DNA from: an uncultured Microbacteriaceae bacterium
Lineage (GTDB): Bacteria > Actinomycetota > Actinomycetes > Actinomycetales > Microbacteriaceae
DNA length: 55,740 bases
Assembly: GCA_964462815.1 (NCBI GenBank)
Contig: CAYWZI010000001.1
Span: 1 to 55,740, forward strand
Direction of reading: 5' to 3'
Both the position numbers and the translations under genes were made by a program. Shown here one piece after another: positions 47,703 to 55,740 of this stretch (position 1 is the stretch's first letter; each line of letters starts with the position of its first letter). The notes beneath the pieces were generated by a model. That model ran no database searches. It saw only the letters and a list, made by a program, of their open reading frames with translations, and had not been told where the DNA came from.

Positions 47703-48470
47703 TCATGCCGCGCTCCTCACTGTGAGGCTCGACATCCGCATCGCGTACTCGCGGATCGACGCCGCATGGCGGGGCGAGTGCGCTGGCTCCCACTGCGGCT
47801 GTAGCAGGAATCCTGCGAAGAGGCTCGAGACAGAGTGGTCGGGCCTTTTGCCCACAGTCACGTTGGCCAGCGCTCGGCCGCGGTCGCCGCCGAAGCCAAC
47901 CTGGCGCAGTTCAGGACTGCGACCGGCGAGAGCGTGGAGGTGGCTAAGGCGGCCGCGTGTGGCGACGTCTGCCATCCAGTCGACCGCATCCACGAGCCCT
48001 GCGCGCAAGTAGCTCGGGGTGACTGGAGCGAGCACGCAGGCGGTGCGGGCGACGACGAACTCCAGTGTGCGCTCCTCCTCAAGCGGTTCCTCGATCGCGC
48101 GCTCCTCCAACGAGTCGGTGATCTCGCGGCGAAAGTAGCGGCCCACATCGTCGAGCACCTGATTCTTCACCGAGGCGTGCAGGTAGCCCCACGGGTTCTC
48201 TGTGTCAGGCGACAGCAGGTGCTTCAGCAGGAGCGAGCGCTCCGGCGACAGCAGTAGCCACGCCGTGGACGTCACTTCGCCCGCGTCGATTTCTACCGAG
48301 AGCTCGCGTCTGGTGGCGGCCACCACCGGTGCGGTCATGTGGTGCTCAATCTGCGCCAGGAGCGCGAGGCCCGCCAGTGACGACCACCATGCACAGGCCC
48401 CAACGCGGTCGTCGGGAATGCTCGCGAGCACCTGCACCAGCTGCCTGTTGGTCCACTTCTCCGGAATCAC
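47703..48470 (-). CDS. Hypothetical protein
   Basis: GTG 48470 overlaps the ParB stop; 255 aa. Confidence 0.6.
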   Translation of the reverse strand: MIPEKWTNRQLVQVLASIPDDRVGACAWWSSLAGLALLAQIEHHMTAPVVAATRRELSVEIDAGEVTSTAWLLLSPERSLLLKHLLSPDTENPWGYLHASVKNQVLDDVGRYFRREITDSLEERAIEEPLEEERTLEFVVARTACVLAPVTPSYLRAGLVDAVDWMADVATRGRLSHLHALAGRSPELRQVGFGGDRGRALANVTVGKRPDHSVSSLFAGFLLQPQWEPAHSPRHAASIREYAMRMSSLTVRSAA

Positions 48471-49450
48471 CGCTCGGCCTCCGCTTCGCACACACGCACG
48501 TAGTCGTCGATCCAGGCACGAATCGACAGCAGCCGGCCCACATAAGGCAGGTGCATGTCGTTGGCTGTCCGCCCCCACGACACCACCTGCTCCGGGATGA
48601 TTTTCAGCAACGTTTCGGCCTTGTTCGTCGCCACGTCAAGATCTCGCCACGGCTTGCTCAGGTCAGGCTCTGCAGCGATGGCCGCGTTGAACATCGCCGC
48701 GTCTTCCTCGTTCGCGATGACTTCCTGCACTCGCCGGTAGTGGCCGTCGACGGTGTTGGTTTTCTCGATGCGGGCCAAGGCCTCGCGCGCTGCCTGTCTC
48801 ACCGACTCTGGCCTGGACTCATCGGTCACGAGGGCTTGAATGGTGTTGACCTTGCGAATCGTCTCGTGGCTATAGGGGACGAAGTCCGCCGCGGCCTTCG
48901 CAGCGTCGCCGACCGTCTCGATGTCCGCCGGAGTCCCAAAGTTTGGGACTCCGGTCTCTTCGCGCTTTCTCTGAAGCGGACGTAGGCCGCCATTGAGGGA
49001 CTTGTTCCGCGCGGCCTGCTCGCCGAGCAGTGCCTTGTATCGGTTCGAGAGCGCCGTTGCTTCGAGCACCGTGAACGACGCCCGATAGTGGTCTGCGTTC
49101 GACACGATTCGGAGCACCAGCTGGCCGAGCGTGTCGATGTCCTTGACCTTGACCGCGGTGACGAAGGGGAGCCCCAGTCGCTTCGCAGCTTCCAGCCGTG
49201 TCACGCCGTCCAGGAGCACGTTGCCGTCTGCGGCAACGATGATCGGCACCAGCTGGCCGAGTGCTTCCATCGACTCGACCACACTCTCCAGCACGGCGTG
49301 TGATCGCGGCACCATGCCTACCTCGACAAAGATCGCTGACGGCACTAAGCGATCGAATTCCTTGTCGCCGCCAGCCATCCGCGCGCCGGCCCTGGTCCAA
49401 GACATCTCCCGGACTCCGGGGATGTCCAATGCGTCAGTTGCCATCTTCAT
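48467..49450 (-). CDS. ParB/Srx N-terminal domain protein
   Basis: SMEALGQLVPIIV....LLDGVTRLEAAKRLG; helical C-terminal part. Confidence 0.75.
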   Translation of the reverse strand: MKMATDALDIPGVREMSWTRAGARMAGGDKEFDRLVPSAIFVEVGMVPRSHAVLESVVESMEALGQLVPIIVAADGNVLLDGVTRLEAAKRLGLPFVTAVKVKDIDTLGQLVLRIVSNADHYRASFTVLEATALSNRYKALLGEQAARNKSLNGGLRPLQRKREETGVPNFGTPADIETVGDAAKAAADFVPYSHETIRKVNTIQALVTDESRPESVRQAAREALARIEKTNTVDGHYRRVQEVIANEEDAAMFNAAIAAEPDLSKPWRDLDVATNKAETLLKIIPEQVVSWGRTANDMHLPYVGRLLSIRAWIDDYVRVCEAEAER

Positions 49451-49811
49451 TCACCCCGTCCCGCTCGTCGGCGCTGATACTTCCTGCGGGTGCGTCGCTC
49501 GCGCCGGGCCGCCACATCTCGCCTGCCTTGAGCTCGCCGCGGATGACAGCTGAGGCTTCTGCCTCCAGTGTCTGCAACTCGGCAAGGCCATAGTCCTCGC
49601 CACCGGGTGGCGTGCCGTGTAAGAGCGTTCCGTCGAAGAACATCAGGCTCATGGCGCGACAGCGGAACTCATTCCGCGTCGACTCGCCGGCGTCGCACCA
49701 TGCGATCAGCGATGGCAAACCGCGGTAGATGTGCTGAGCACGGAGGTCGATCCGCAAGTCCTCTGAGGCCGTCAACGGCTCAAGGTTCGTGATCACGACG
49801 GAGCTCCCCAT
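49434..49811 (-). CDS. Hypothetical protein
   Basis: 125 aa ORF between xis and the parB-like gene. Confidence 0.5.
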   Translation of the reverse strand: MGSSVVITNLEPLTASEDLRIDLRAQHIYRGLPSLIAWCDAGESTRNEFRCRAMSLMFFDGTLLHGTPPGGEDYGLAELQTLEAEASAVIRGELKAGEMWRPGASDAPAGSISADERDGVNEDGN

Positions 49812-49826
49812 CTGCTCAGGGATTCG

Positions 49827-49994
49827 TTACGCACTCTGGGGCTCCTCGAACACAGGGTTCGGAATCCGGTACTGACCACCTACCCTGATCGCATCAAGCC
49901 GCCCTTCGCGGATATGCGAACGCACCGTCGTTGGCGTGATTCGCATGAGCGCGGCGTACTCCGGAACCTTCAGGAACCTGGATTGATTCGTCAT
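49827..49994 (-). CDS. Excisionase/HTH_17 DNA-binding protein (55 aa)
   Basis: Manual translation MTNQSRFLKVPEYAALMRITPTTVRSHIREGRLDAIRVGGQYRIPNPVFEEPQSA; below the ORF-track length cut-off. Confidence 0.85.
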   Translation of the reverse strand: MTNQSRFLKVPEYAALMRITPTTVRSHIREGRLDAIRVGGQYRIPNPVFEEPQSA

Positions 49995-50092
49995 GAGCGC
50001 AGGTTATCAGCTTGTAACGAGTTTTTCGTTTTTCTTCGACTGAGACAGAGATTGTTCTCCAGCTCGACGGATTCGGGATTATCCTGAGGTGC
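49995..50092. promoter_or_regulatory. Divergent, probably leaderless promoters of xis and the repressor
   Basis: TAACCT (minus strand, 50001-50006) 6 nt before the xis ATG; TATCCT (50080-50085) 7 nt before the repressor ATG; AACGA-N5-TCGTT at 50016-50030. Confidence 0.5.
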
Positions 50093-50434
50093 ATGGGACT
50101 AGCCAAGAGAAAGCTCACCAAGAGCGACATTGTGTCGCAGCGCCTGAATCATCTGCTTTTCATCAACGGCTACATGACGCAGAAGCGCCTGGCCTTCCAG
50201 ATGGGCATACCGGTGAGCACCATCGGCTCGAAGATGGTCGGGCGGGCTCGCTGGAACCTCGACGAGGTGGATGCGCTGGGCCGAATCTTTGGCGTTACCC
50301 CGAACTACCTCTTCGGATACGAGCCGATCGAGTCAGCTGAGCCCCTAGACGACGACATCCCCGCCTCGAACGAGACGGGGATGTCGGATTTGGTTGCGGG
50401 GGCAGGATTTGAACCTACGACCTCTGGGTTATGA
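50093..50434 (+). CDS. XRE-family repressor whose C-terminus is encoded by the antisense tRNA/att
   Basis: MTQKRLAFQMGIPVSTIGSKMVGRARWNLDEV...FGVTPNYLFG HTH; the tail LVAGAGFEPTTSGL is the tRNA complement. Confidence 0.8.
   Translation: MGLAKRKLTKSDIVSQRLNHLLFINGYMTQKRLAFQMGIPVSTIGSKMVGRARWNLDEVDALGRIFGVTPNYLFGYEPIESAEPLDDDIPASNETGMSDLVAGAGFEPTTSGL
50353..50386 (-). terminator. Hairpin immediately 3' of tRNA-fMet
   Basis: CGACATCCCCG...CGGGGATGTCG inverted repeat, 4 nt from the CCA end; no clear U tract. Confidence 0.55.
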
Positions 50435-50467
50435 GCCCAGCGAGCTACCGAACTGCTCCACCCCGCG
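50391..50467 (-). tRNA. tRNA-fMet (initiator, CAT)
   Basis: 77 nt CGCGGGGTGGAGCAG...CTGGGCTCATAACCCAG...GGTTCAAATCC...CCGCAACCA; C1:A72 mismatch and three G:C pairs in the anticodon stem. Confidence 0.97.
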
Positions 50468-50544
50468 GCGTCCCTCCAGAATAGCAGGTGGCTGAGAGGC
50501 CGACGAACCGTGGCTGGGAGAGACCCGAGGCGCGGATGCTCGAC

Positions 50545-51123
50545 TCAGCGTGTCCAGGAGGCTGACAGCGGAGCATCCGGGCCCTGCAGTGTCAGCGTCG
50601 ACGCCGTGCACGAGACGACCACCGACGGAATATCGGTGTAGTCGATCGCGGGCAGGTCGGGAGCCTCGGGGTCGATCGGCACGTCGGCGTCAGGGACCGT
50701 TGCCCAGTTCTGGAGGTCGACTGTTTCGCCGTCGCCGGGGTCGCTCCAGTCGCCCGAGCCCGTGTAGACCGAACGCGTGTTGAGGGGCACGCTCACGTCG
50801 CCCGCCACGATGGTGCCGGTCGTCGTGAGGTCAACCGCGGTCGCCACGAGCCCATCGGCGGTGAACTCGATCGTGCCGGCACCCGACATCGCGAAACCCG
50901 TGATCGGCAGGCCGAGACCGAGCACGAAGGCTTCCGACTGCGCGGCGTAGTCGCCCACGTCGAGTTGCCACGTGCCGACGATGCAGGGCACCTCGGCCCC
51001 TGAACCGCCGTCGTCAGACGACGCCGCAGGTTCGGGGTCGGGCTCGGGGTCGGCGGGCGGGCTGCAGGCGGCGAGCGCGAAGACCGCGAGGATCGTCAGG
51101 GCGGTGGCTGCGGGGCGATACAT
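50545..51123 (-). CDS. Lipoprotein of unknown function
   Basis: LAAC lipobox, CIVGTW; GAGGAG RBS. Confidence 0.75.
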   Translation of the reverse strand: MYRPAATALTILAVFALAACSPPADPEPDPEPAASSDDGGSGAEVPCIVGTWQLDVGDYAAQSEAFVLGLGLPITGFAMSGAGTIEFTADGLVATAVDLTTTGTIVAGDVSVPLNTRSVYTGSGDWSDPGDGETVDLQNWATVPDADVPIDPEAPDLPAIDYTDIPSVVVSCTASTLTLQGPDAPLSASWTR

Positions 51124-51317
51124 GGATGCTCCTCGGTGGTCAATGAGACGCCAGTGCTCAACCCACAGCCGAGTCGTCTCGGTCACGCTCATACCTCTTC
51201 GACGGGCGAGAGCCCATGCGAGGTTGACAGGCCCAAGAACACAGCATGGCCCGCGCCAGCGGTCAGGTCAACGGATTGAGCGAACCTCGTTGGGCACTCT
51301 CGCGTGGCGACAAGGCT

Positions 51318-52196
51318 TCAGTGCCGAGTCGCGCCCAGGCTCATGCCGAGGGGCAACCACGCGGTAGCGGGCCATCCAAACAGCCCGTCACCGCGGGGCT
51401 CGAGCACCGAGAACATCTGCCAGGGCACCGCGTCGTGTTCGTGCAGAAAGTCGATCGTCAGGCCCGCATCGATGAGCGCCGAGACGGTCGCGCCCAGGGG
51501 GTGCATGAACTCGATGGTTCGGGATGACGCAATGCGGGCATCCGGATCGGCGTAATCGCCGTCGTCGCTGACGTCGAGGGGCGATTCATCGAAGTAGCCG
51601 TACAGCGCGGTCGGAAACGCTGTCGGTCCCCCGTCGAGCAACGCCGTGGGCGCACCGTCTGCCGGCTCGTCAAAGACGAAGGCCGACGGATGCCCGTCTG
51701 CAAAGTAGAGCCGCCCGCCCGGCTTGAGAAACCACGCGATGATGCGCGCCCACTCGGCCACGTCGGGCAGCCAGCCGATCGTGCCCCAGGTCGTGTAGAC
51801 GACGTCGAAGCCCTCGGGCTCGGGCAGCGCGTGGCGCGCGTCGTAAAGGTTGGCGCAGATGAATCGGCTGCGGTCGTCGAGCCCGAGATCGGTGGCGAGT
51901 TCGCGGGCCTGCCGAACGGCGGGCATCGAAAAGTCGAGCCCCACCACCGTGGCCCCCCGCTGCGCGAGCACCAGGGTGTCGGCGCCGAAGTGGCACTGCA
52001 GGTGCAGCACGCGCAGACCCTGCCACCCCGCGGACGCGATGAGCGGCAGTTCTGCTTCTTCGATCGGGTAGAGCCGCCCCTCGCCCGCGCGCAAAGGTGC
52101 GAGGTCGTAAAACGGGCTGGAGACGTGCACGTCAACGAGTTCGTCCCAGTGGGCCCGGTTGACCCGGGCCCACTCGGGCTCATCGATGCGTGCCAC
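51318..52196 (-). CDS. Class I SAM-dependent methyltransferase
   Basis: NRAHWDE, VLHLQCHFGADT, GLDFS, FDVVYT and LKPGG. Confidence 0.88.
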   Translation of the reverse strand: MARIDEPEWARVNRAHWDELVDVHVSSPFYDLAPLRAGEGRLYPIEEAELPLIASAGWQGLRVLHLQCHFGADTLVLAQRGATVVGLDFSMPAVRQARELATDLGLDDRSRFICANLYDARHALPEPEGFDVVYTTWGTIGWLPDVAEWARIIAWFLKPGGRLYFADGHPSAFVFDEPADGAPTALLDGGPTAFPTALYGYFDESPLDVSDDGDYADPDARIASSRTIEFMHPLGATVSALIDAGLTIDFLHEHDAVPWQMFSVLEPRGDGLFGWPATAWLPLGMSLGATRH

Positions 52197-52213
52197 GGCG
52201 TGCTGCCGAAGCA

Positions 52214-55111
52214 CTACTCGCTCAGCGCGAGAGCACGCTCGAGTGCTTCTTGCAAACGCTCATCGGCTTCGGCGGCCGCGACCAAGTCGTTGGCCGCGTA
52301 GGCCGCCTCGCGGTCGAGCAGTGCCTGACGGGCGTCTTGGAGCGCCTCAGCGAGTTCGACCGAGATCTCGACGCCCGGGTCAGTCGGGTCGGTCGGGTCC
52401 GTCGGGTCCGTCGGGTCGGTCGGGTCAACCGGGTCCGTCGGGTCGGTCGGGTCGACCTCGCCGTCACCCGCGTCGGCACCCGAGTCTCCGCCGAACAGCG
52501 AGTCGAGCGCTTCGTCGAGCGTGTCTTCGAATGCGATCGAGTCACCGAAGGCCACCAAGACCTTGCGCAAGAGCGGGAAGCTCGTTTCACCCGTCGACTT
52601 GACGTAGACCGGCTGCACATAGAGGAAGCCGCCGCCGACCGGGAGCGTCAACAGGTTGCCGCGCAGAACCTCTGTTTCACCGCGTTGCAGCAGTGCCAGC
52701 TGGTTCGCGACCTCGGGGTCAGAACTGAACTGGTTCTGCACCTGACCGGGCCCGGCAATGGTCTGCCGGGGCAGAGTCAGCAGCGTGAGCTTGCCGTAGT
52801 CGTCGCCCGGGTCGGCATTCGCGGCGAGATAGCCGGTGAGCACATTGCGCTCATTGTCGCTGGCCGTGCGCGGAATGAAGGTGGAGTAGAGCGTGAACCC
52901 CGGCTCATCAGCACCCGGCACCTGCATGGTCAGGTAGTAGGGCGGCTGCAAGGTCGGAGCGACGGCCGACGACGTCGGGTCGTTCGGCGTGCGCCACTCG
53001 GCGTCCGACGAGAAGAACGAGCCCGGGTCAGTCACGTGGTACGCACCCAAGATGTTGCGCTGCACCTTGAACAGGTCAGCCGGGTACCGCACGTGCGAGA
53101 GCAACTGCTCCGTCATCTCGTCTGCAGACACCAGGGTGTTCGGGAAAACCTTCTGCCAGGTCTGCAGAATCGGGTCTTCGGTGTCCCATGCGTACAGCGT
53201 GACCGAGCCGTCGTAGGCGTCGACCGTGGCCTTGACCGAATTGCGGATGTAGTTGATCTGATCGAGCGGGAAGGCGGGGGCCGGCGTGTAGGTGTCGGCG
53301 ATCGCTTCGCTCAACGCGACAGTGGTCGAGTAAGGGTAGCTCGCGCTCGTCGTGTAGCCGTCAACGATCCAGACGATGCGACCATCGACGATCGCCGGGT
53401 ACGGGTCGTTGTCGAGCGTCAGGTAGGGGGCGGCCTTCTGCACACGTTCGAGCGGGTTGCGGTCGTAGAGAATCTGCGAGTCGTCGGTCACGGCCTCCGA
53501 CAGGAAGATCTGCTCCGACTGGAACTTCATGGCGTAGAGCAGTCGCTTGAAGACGTTGTCGAGAGCCGGGCCCCCGTTGCCGGTGAAGGTGTAGGTGGCG
53601 TTACCTTCTTGTTCGGCGCTACCCTCCGACGGGAAGTCGAGTTCGAGGTTATCGCCGCCGCCAACGATTGAGTACAGCGGCGAGAACTCGCCGAAGTACA
53701 CGCGCGGCTGGTATTCGCCCAACTCCCCCGTCAGCTGACCGTCGGCCGGAATGCCGCCCTCGAGGAAGAGCGGGCGACCGTCGGGCGTGCGCTGGTTGCC
53801 ATAGGCCGCGACGACACCGTAGCCGTGCGTGAAGACGATGGTGTTGTTGAACCAGTTCTGTGATGTTTGGCCATCAGGATCAAGCTCACGCAACGCGAGC
53901 ACGGTGTCTTGCGTCTGGCCATCGATCTCGTAGCGACCAACGTCAAGGAAGTTCGGGAATTGATAGAACTGCCGGAACTGCTCGAGCTGCGCAAACGCTT
54001 CGCTCACGAGGGCCGGGTCGATGATGCGGATGTTCGCCGTGGTCTCGGCGTCTTCACGCAGTGCGCCCTGCTCGGCGTCCGTTCGTGCATCGTAGGAAAT
54101 CTCTTCGATGCCCGACAGCCCATACGCGTCGCGAGTTGCTTGGATATTGCGTTCGATGAATGGCGCCTCAAACTCACGCGCGTTGGGCTCGACCTGGAAG
54201 CGCTGCACAATCCACGGGTAGACGCTGCCGATGAGCAACCCGCTGATGAGTAGCAGCGCGGTGCCGACGATGGGCAGGCGCCAGCGGCCGATGATCGCCG
54301 TCACGACGAAGAGCAGGGCGACGACGAGGGCGATGGCGGCGAGAATTCCGCGGCTAGGGATCGTCGAGTTGACCTCGGTGAAGCCCGCTCCGATCGAGAG
54401 GAAGCCGTCGCTCGGCTGGATGACCGTGGCGTACTGGTCGAACCAGATGCTCACACCCTGCAGCGCGATGTACAGCGCGGCGGTCAGCGAGAGCTGAATG
54501 CGGGCGGTCCGTGAGATGCGAATCTCGCGACCGTTGACGCGAATGGCGCCGTAGAGGTAGCTCGTCGCAATCGCCGCGATACCCGAGAGCAGAACGACCG
54601 CCGACGCGAACGCGATGACGCCGCGCCAGAACGGCAACTCGTAGACAAAGAACGAGATGTCGAGACCGAACTGCGGGTCGAGCTGCCCGAACGCTGTGCG
54701 GTTAAGCCACTGCAGAACCATTTGCCACTGGCCCGCAGCCGTGACCCCGGCGAAGAGGCCGAGCACGGCAGGAATACCGAGCATGGCCACGCGACGCAGC
54801 GGCTCCACGACCTCTTGGTAGCGGTCGAGCTGCGAGTTGAGTTTGGCGTAGACCGGCCGCGAGCGATAGGCGATCTGCAGGCTCGCCCACACCGGCACGA
54901 ACATCGCGACGAAGCCGATGAGGAACATCGACCCGACGGCGATCCACTGCGTGGTCAGCACATTGAGGAAGCCGAGCTGGTCGAACCAGAGAACGTCGGT
55001 GTAGACGTTCGCGAAGACGAAGAACAGCACGACGATGACACCCAGCACGGCGGCCGAAATGGCGAGCGTCGCGCGGGAACGATTGGCGGAGGGTGCGGCG
55101 GTAGACGTCAC
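52214..55111 (-). CDS. UPF0182 family membrane protein
   Basis: TDVLWFDQLG, DPQFGLDISFF, FTHGYG, WIVDGYTTS, NYIRNSVKATVDAYDG and GNLLTLP. Confidence 0.93.
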   Translation of the reverse strand: MTSTAAPSANRSRATLAISAAVLGVIVVLFFVFANVYTDVLWFDQLGFLNVLTTQWIAVGSMFLIGFVAMFVPVWASLQIAYRSRPVYAKLNSQLDRYQEVVEPLRRVAMLGIPAVLGLFAGVTAAGQWQMVLQWLNRTAFGQLDPQFGLDISFFVYELPFWRGVIAFASAVVLLSGIAAIATSYLYGAIRVNGREIRISRTARIQLSLTAALYIALQGVSIWFDQYATVIQPSDGFLSIGAGFTEVNSTIPSRGILAAIALVVALLFVVTAIIGRWRLPIVGTALLLISGLLIGSVYPWIVQRFQVEPNAREFEAPFIERNIQATRDAYGLSGIEEISYDARTDAEQGALREDAETTANIRIIDPALVSEAFAQLEQFRQFYQFPNFLDVGRYEIDGQTQDTVLALRELDPDGQTSQNWFNNTIVFTHGYGVVAAYGNQRTPDGRPLFLEGGIPADGQLTGELGEYQPRVYFGEFSPLYSIVGGGDNLELDFPSEGSAEQEGNATYTFTGNGGPALDNVFKRLLYAMKFQSEQIFLSEAVTDDSQILYDRNPLERVQKAAPYLTLDNDPYPAIVDGRIVWIVDGYTTSASYPYSTTVALSEAIADTYTPAPAFPLDQINYIRNSVKATVDAYDGSVTLYAWDTEDPILQTWQKVFPNTLVSADEMTEQLLSHVRYPADLFKVQRNILGAYHVTDPGSFFSSDAEWRTPNDPTSSAVAPTLQPPYYLTMQVPGADEPGFTLYSTFIPRTASDNERNVLTGYLAANADPGDDYGKLTLLTLPRQTIAGPGQVQNQFSSDPEVANQLALLQRGETEVLRGNLLTLPVGGGFLYVQPVYVKSTGETSFPLLRKVLVAFGDSIAFEDTLDEALDSLFGGDSGADAGDGEVDPTDPTDPVDPTDPTDPTDPTDPTDPGVEISVELAEALQDARQALLDREAAYAANDLVAAAEADERLQEALERALALSE
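52373..52453 (-). repeat. In-frame 9-bp tandem repeat (DPT/DPV/DPG x9) in the UPF0182 tail
   Basis: GTCGGGTCN periodicity encoding a DPT linker. Confidence 0.85.
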
Positions 55112-55187
55112 AGTGAAACTCCCGGGTTCTCAAGGGCGAACCCTTTCACACTAGTGGGAGCAACCTGGCAGCCGCCCGCGGCTACCC

Positions 55188-55740
55188 CTAACGTTCGCAG
55201 CGTGCGAGTTCCGTGAGGTCGCCATCGTCGGCGATGGTCTGCAGAACTCCGATCGCTTCGTCGAGCGTCGACACCGCAAACACCTCGAGACCGTTCGGGA
55301 TATTGCCGGCCACGTCACTGCAGTTTTCGATCGGTGCCAAGAACCAATCAGCGCCGGCGCCGAGAGCGCCGTGCATCTTTTGCACGATTCCCCCGATCGG
55401 GCCCACGCTGCCGTCGGCCGCGATCGTTCCGGTTCCGGCGACCTCCGCTCCGCCCGCGAGCGAGTCGGGCGTGAGCGTATCGATGATTCCCAGTGCGAAC
55501 ATCATTCCGGCGCTCGGCCCGCCGATGTTCTCGAGTTCGATCTCGACCTCGAACGGAAAGATGTACTCGCCCGAAATGAGCACGCCGATCACCGGCACGG
55601 GCGTCTCACCGTCGCTCAAGACGGGGGTGACCTCGACGGTGAGCTCCGACCCTGAACGCTCGATGCCGAGCTCGGCGGGGCTGTCGATGCCGTTGTCGGC
55701 GATCGCGGCGCGCAGCGCCGTCACATCCCGAACCGGCACG
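55188..55740 (-). CDS. PDZ/Lon-like (S16) protease, C-terminal part
   Basis: IGGPSAGMMFALG, AGTGTI and GPIGGIVQK (Ser-Lys dyad); usual neighbour of UPF0182. Confidence 0.88.
   Translation of the reverse strand, partial: VPVRDVTALRAAIADNGIDSPAELGIERSGSELTVEVTPVLSDGETPVPVIGVLISGEYIFPFEVEIELENIGGPSAGMMFALGIIDTLTPDSLAGGAEVAGTGTIAADGSVGPIGGIVQKMHGALGAGADWFLAPIENCSDVAGNIPNGLEVFAVSTLDEAIGVLQTIADDGDLTELARCER

Larger units (their letters stand above)
1..50400. mobile_element. Integrative conjugative island inserted at the 3' end of tRNA-fMet (left boundary outside the window or uncertain)
   Basis: Repressor/xis next to the tRNA, then replication, T4SS, defence and catabolic modules; no integrase or second att copy seen in the window. 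Confidence 0.75.

Noticed and set aside
50402..50418. U:G pair in the tRNA T-stem as evidence of a hybrid att crossover
   Set aside because: Wobble pairs at this position are common in initiator tRNAs, so it is not diagnostic without the second att.
44891..50434. Prophage interpretation of the repressor/xis/rep arm
   Set aside because: No terminase, capsid, tail or lysis genes; the downstream genes are conjugative.
52373..52453. 9-bp tandem repeat as a regulatory or contingency locus
   Set aside because: It is an in-frame low-complexity linker in a core gene.

Overview
High-GC actinobacterial DNA, Microbacteriaceae-like by gene content. The right ~5.3 kb is host core chromosome: tRNA-fMet, a lipoprotein, a SAM methyltransferase, UPF0182 and a partial PDZ/Lon-like protease. 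Everything left of tRNA-fMet (50391-50467) reads as one large integrated conjugative island whose left end and integrase are not in the window. From right to left it carries: (i) a divergent XRE repressor/excisionase switch, where the repressor ORF runs across the att junction and stops inside the antisense tRNA; (ii) a ParB-like/HTH replication-initiator/DUF2637 operon, with an iteron and DnaA-box origin inside the initiator gene; (iii) an LPXTG surface protein, a TGACG-repeat array and a Gram-positive T4SS cluster (M23, pilin-like, VirB6-like, SCO6880, VirB4, VirD4, HNH, SSB) with no recognisable relaxase; (iv) a defence island with a multi-ubiquitin/E2-like/JAB-E1 conjugation operon divergent from a HigB-like and HigA-ImmA pair, an SOS-boxed small gene, an MTase-GmrSD-PLD/helicase operon, and an AbiD/F HEPN gene with a structured leader; (v) a serine resolvase with res site; (vi) an apparently lower-GC catabolic cluster (polyamine-type ABC transporter, amidohydrolases, PLP enzyme, oxidoreductases, KdgD, KGSA dehydrogenase). 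All family assignments come from motif recognition by eye, not database searches.
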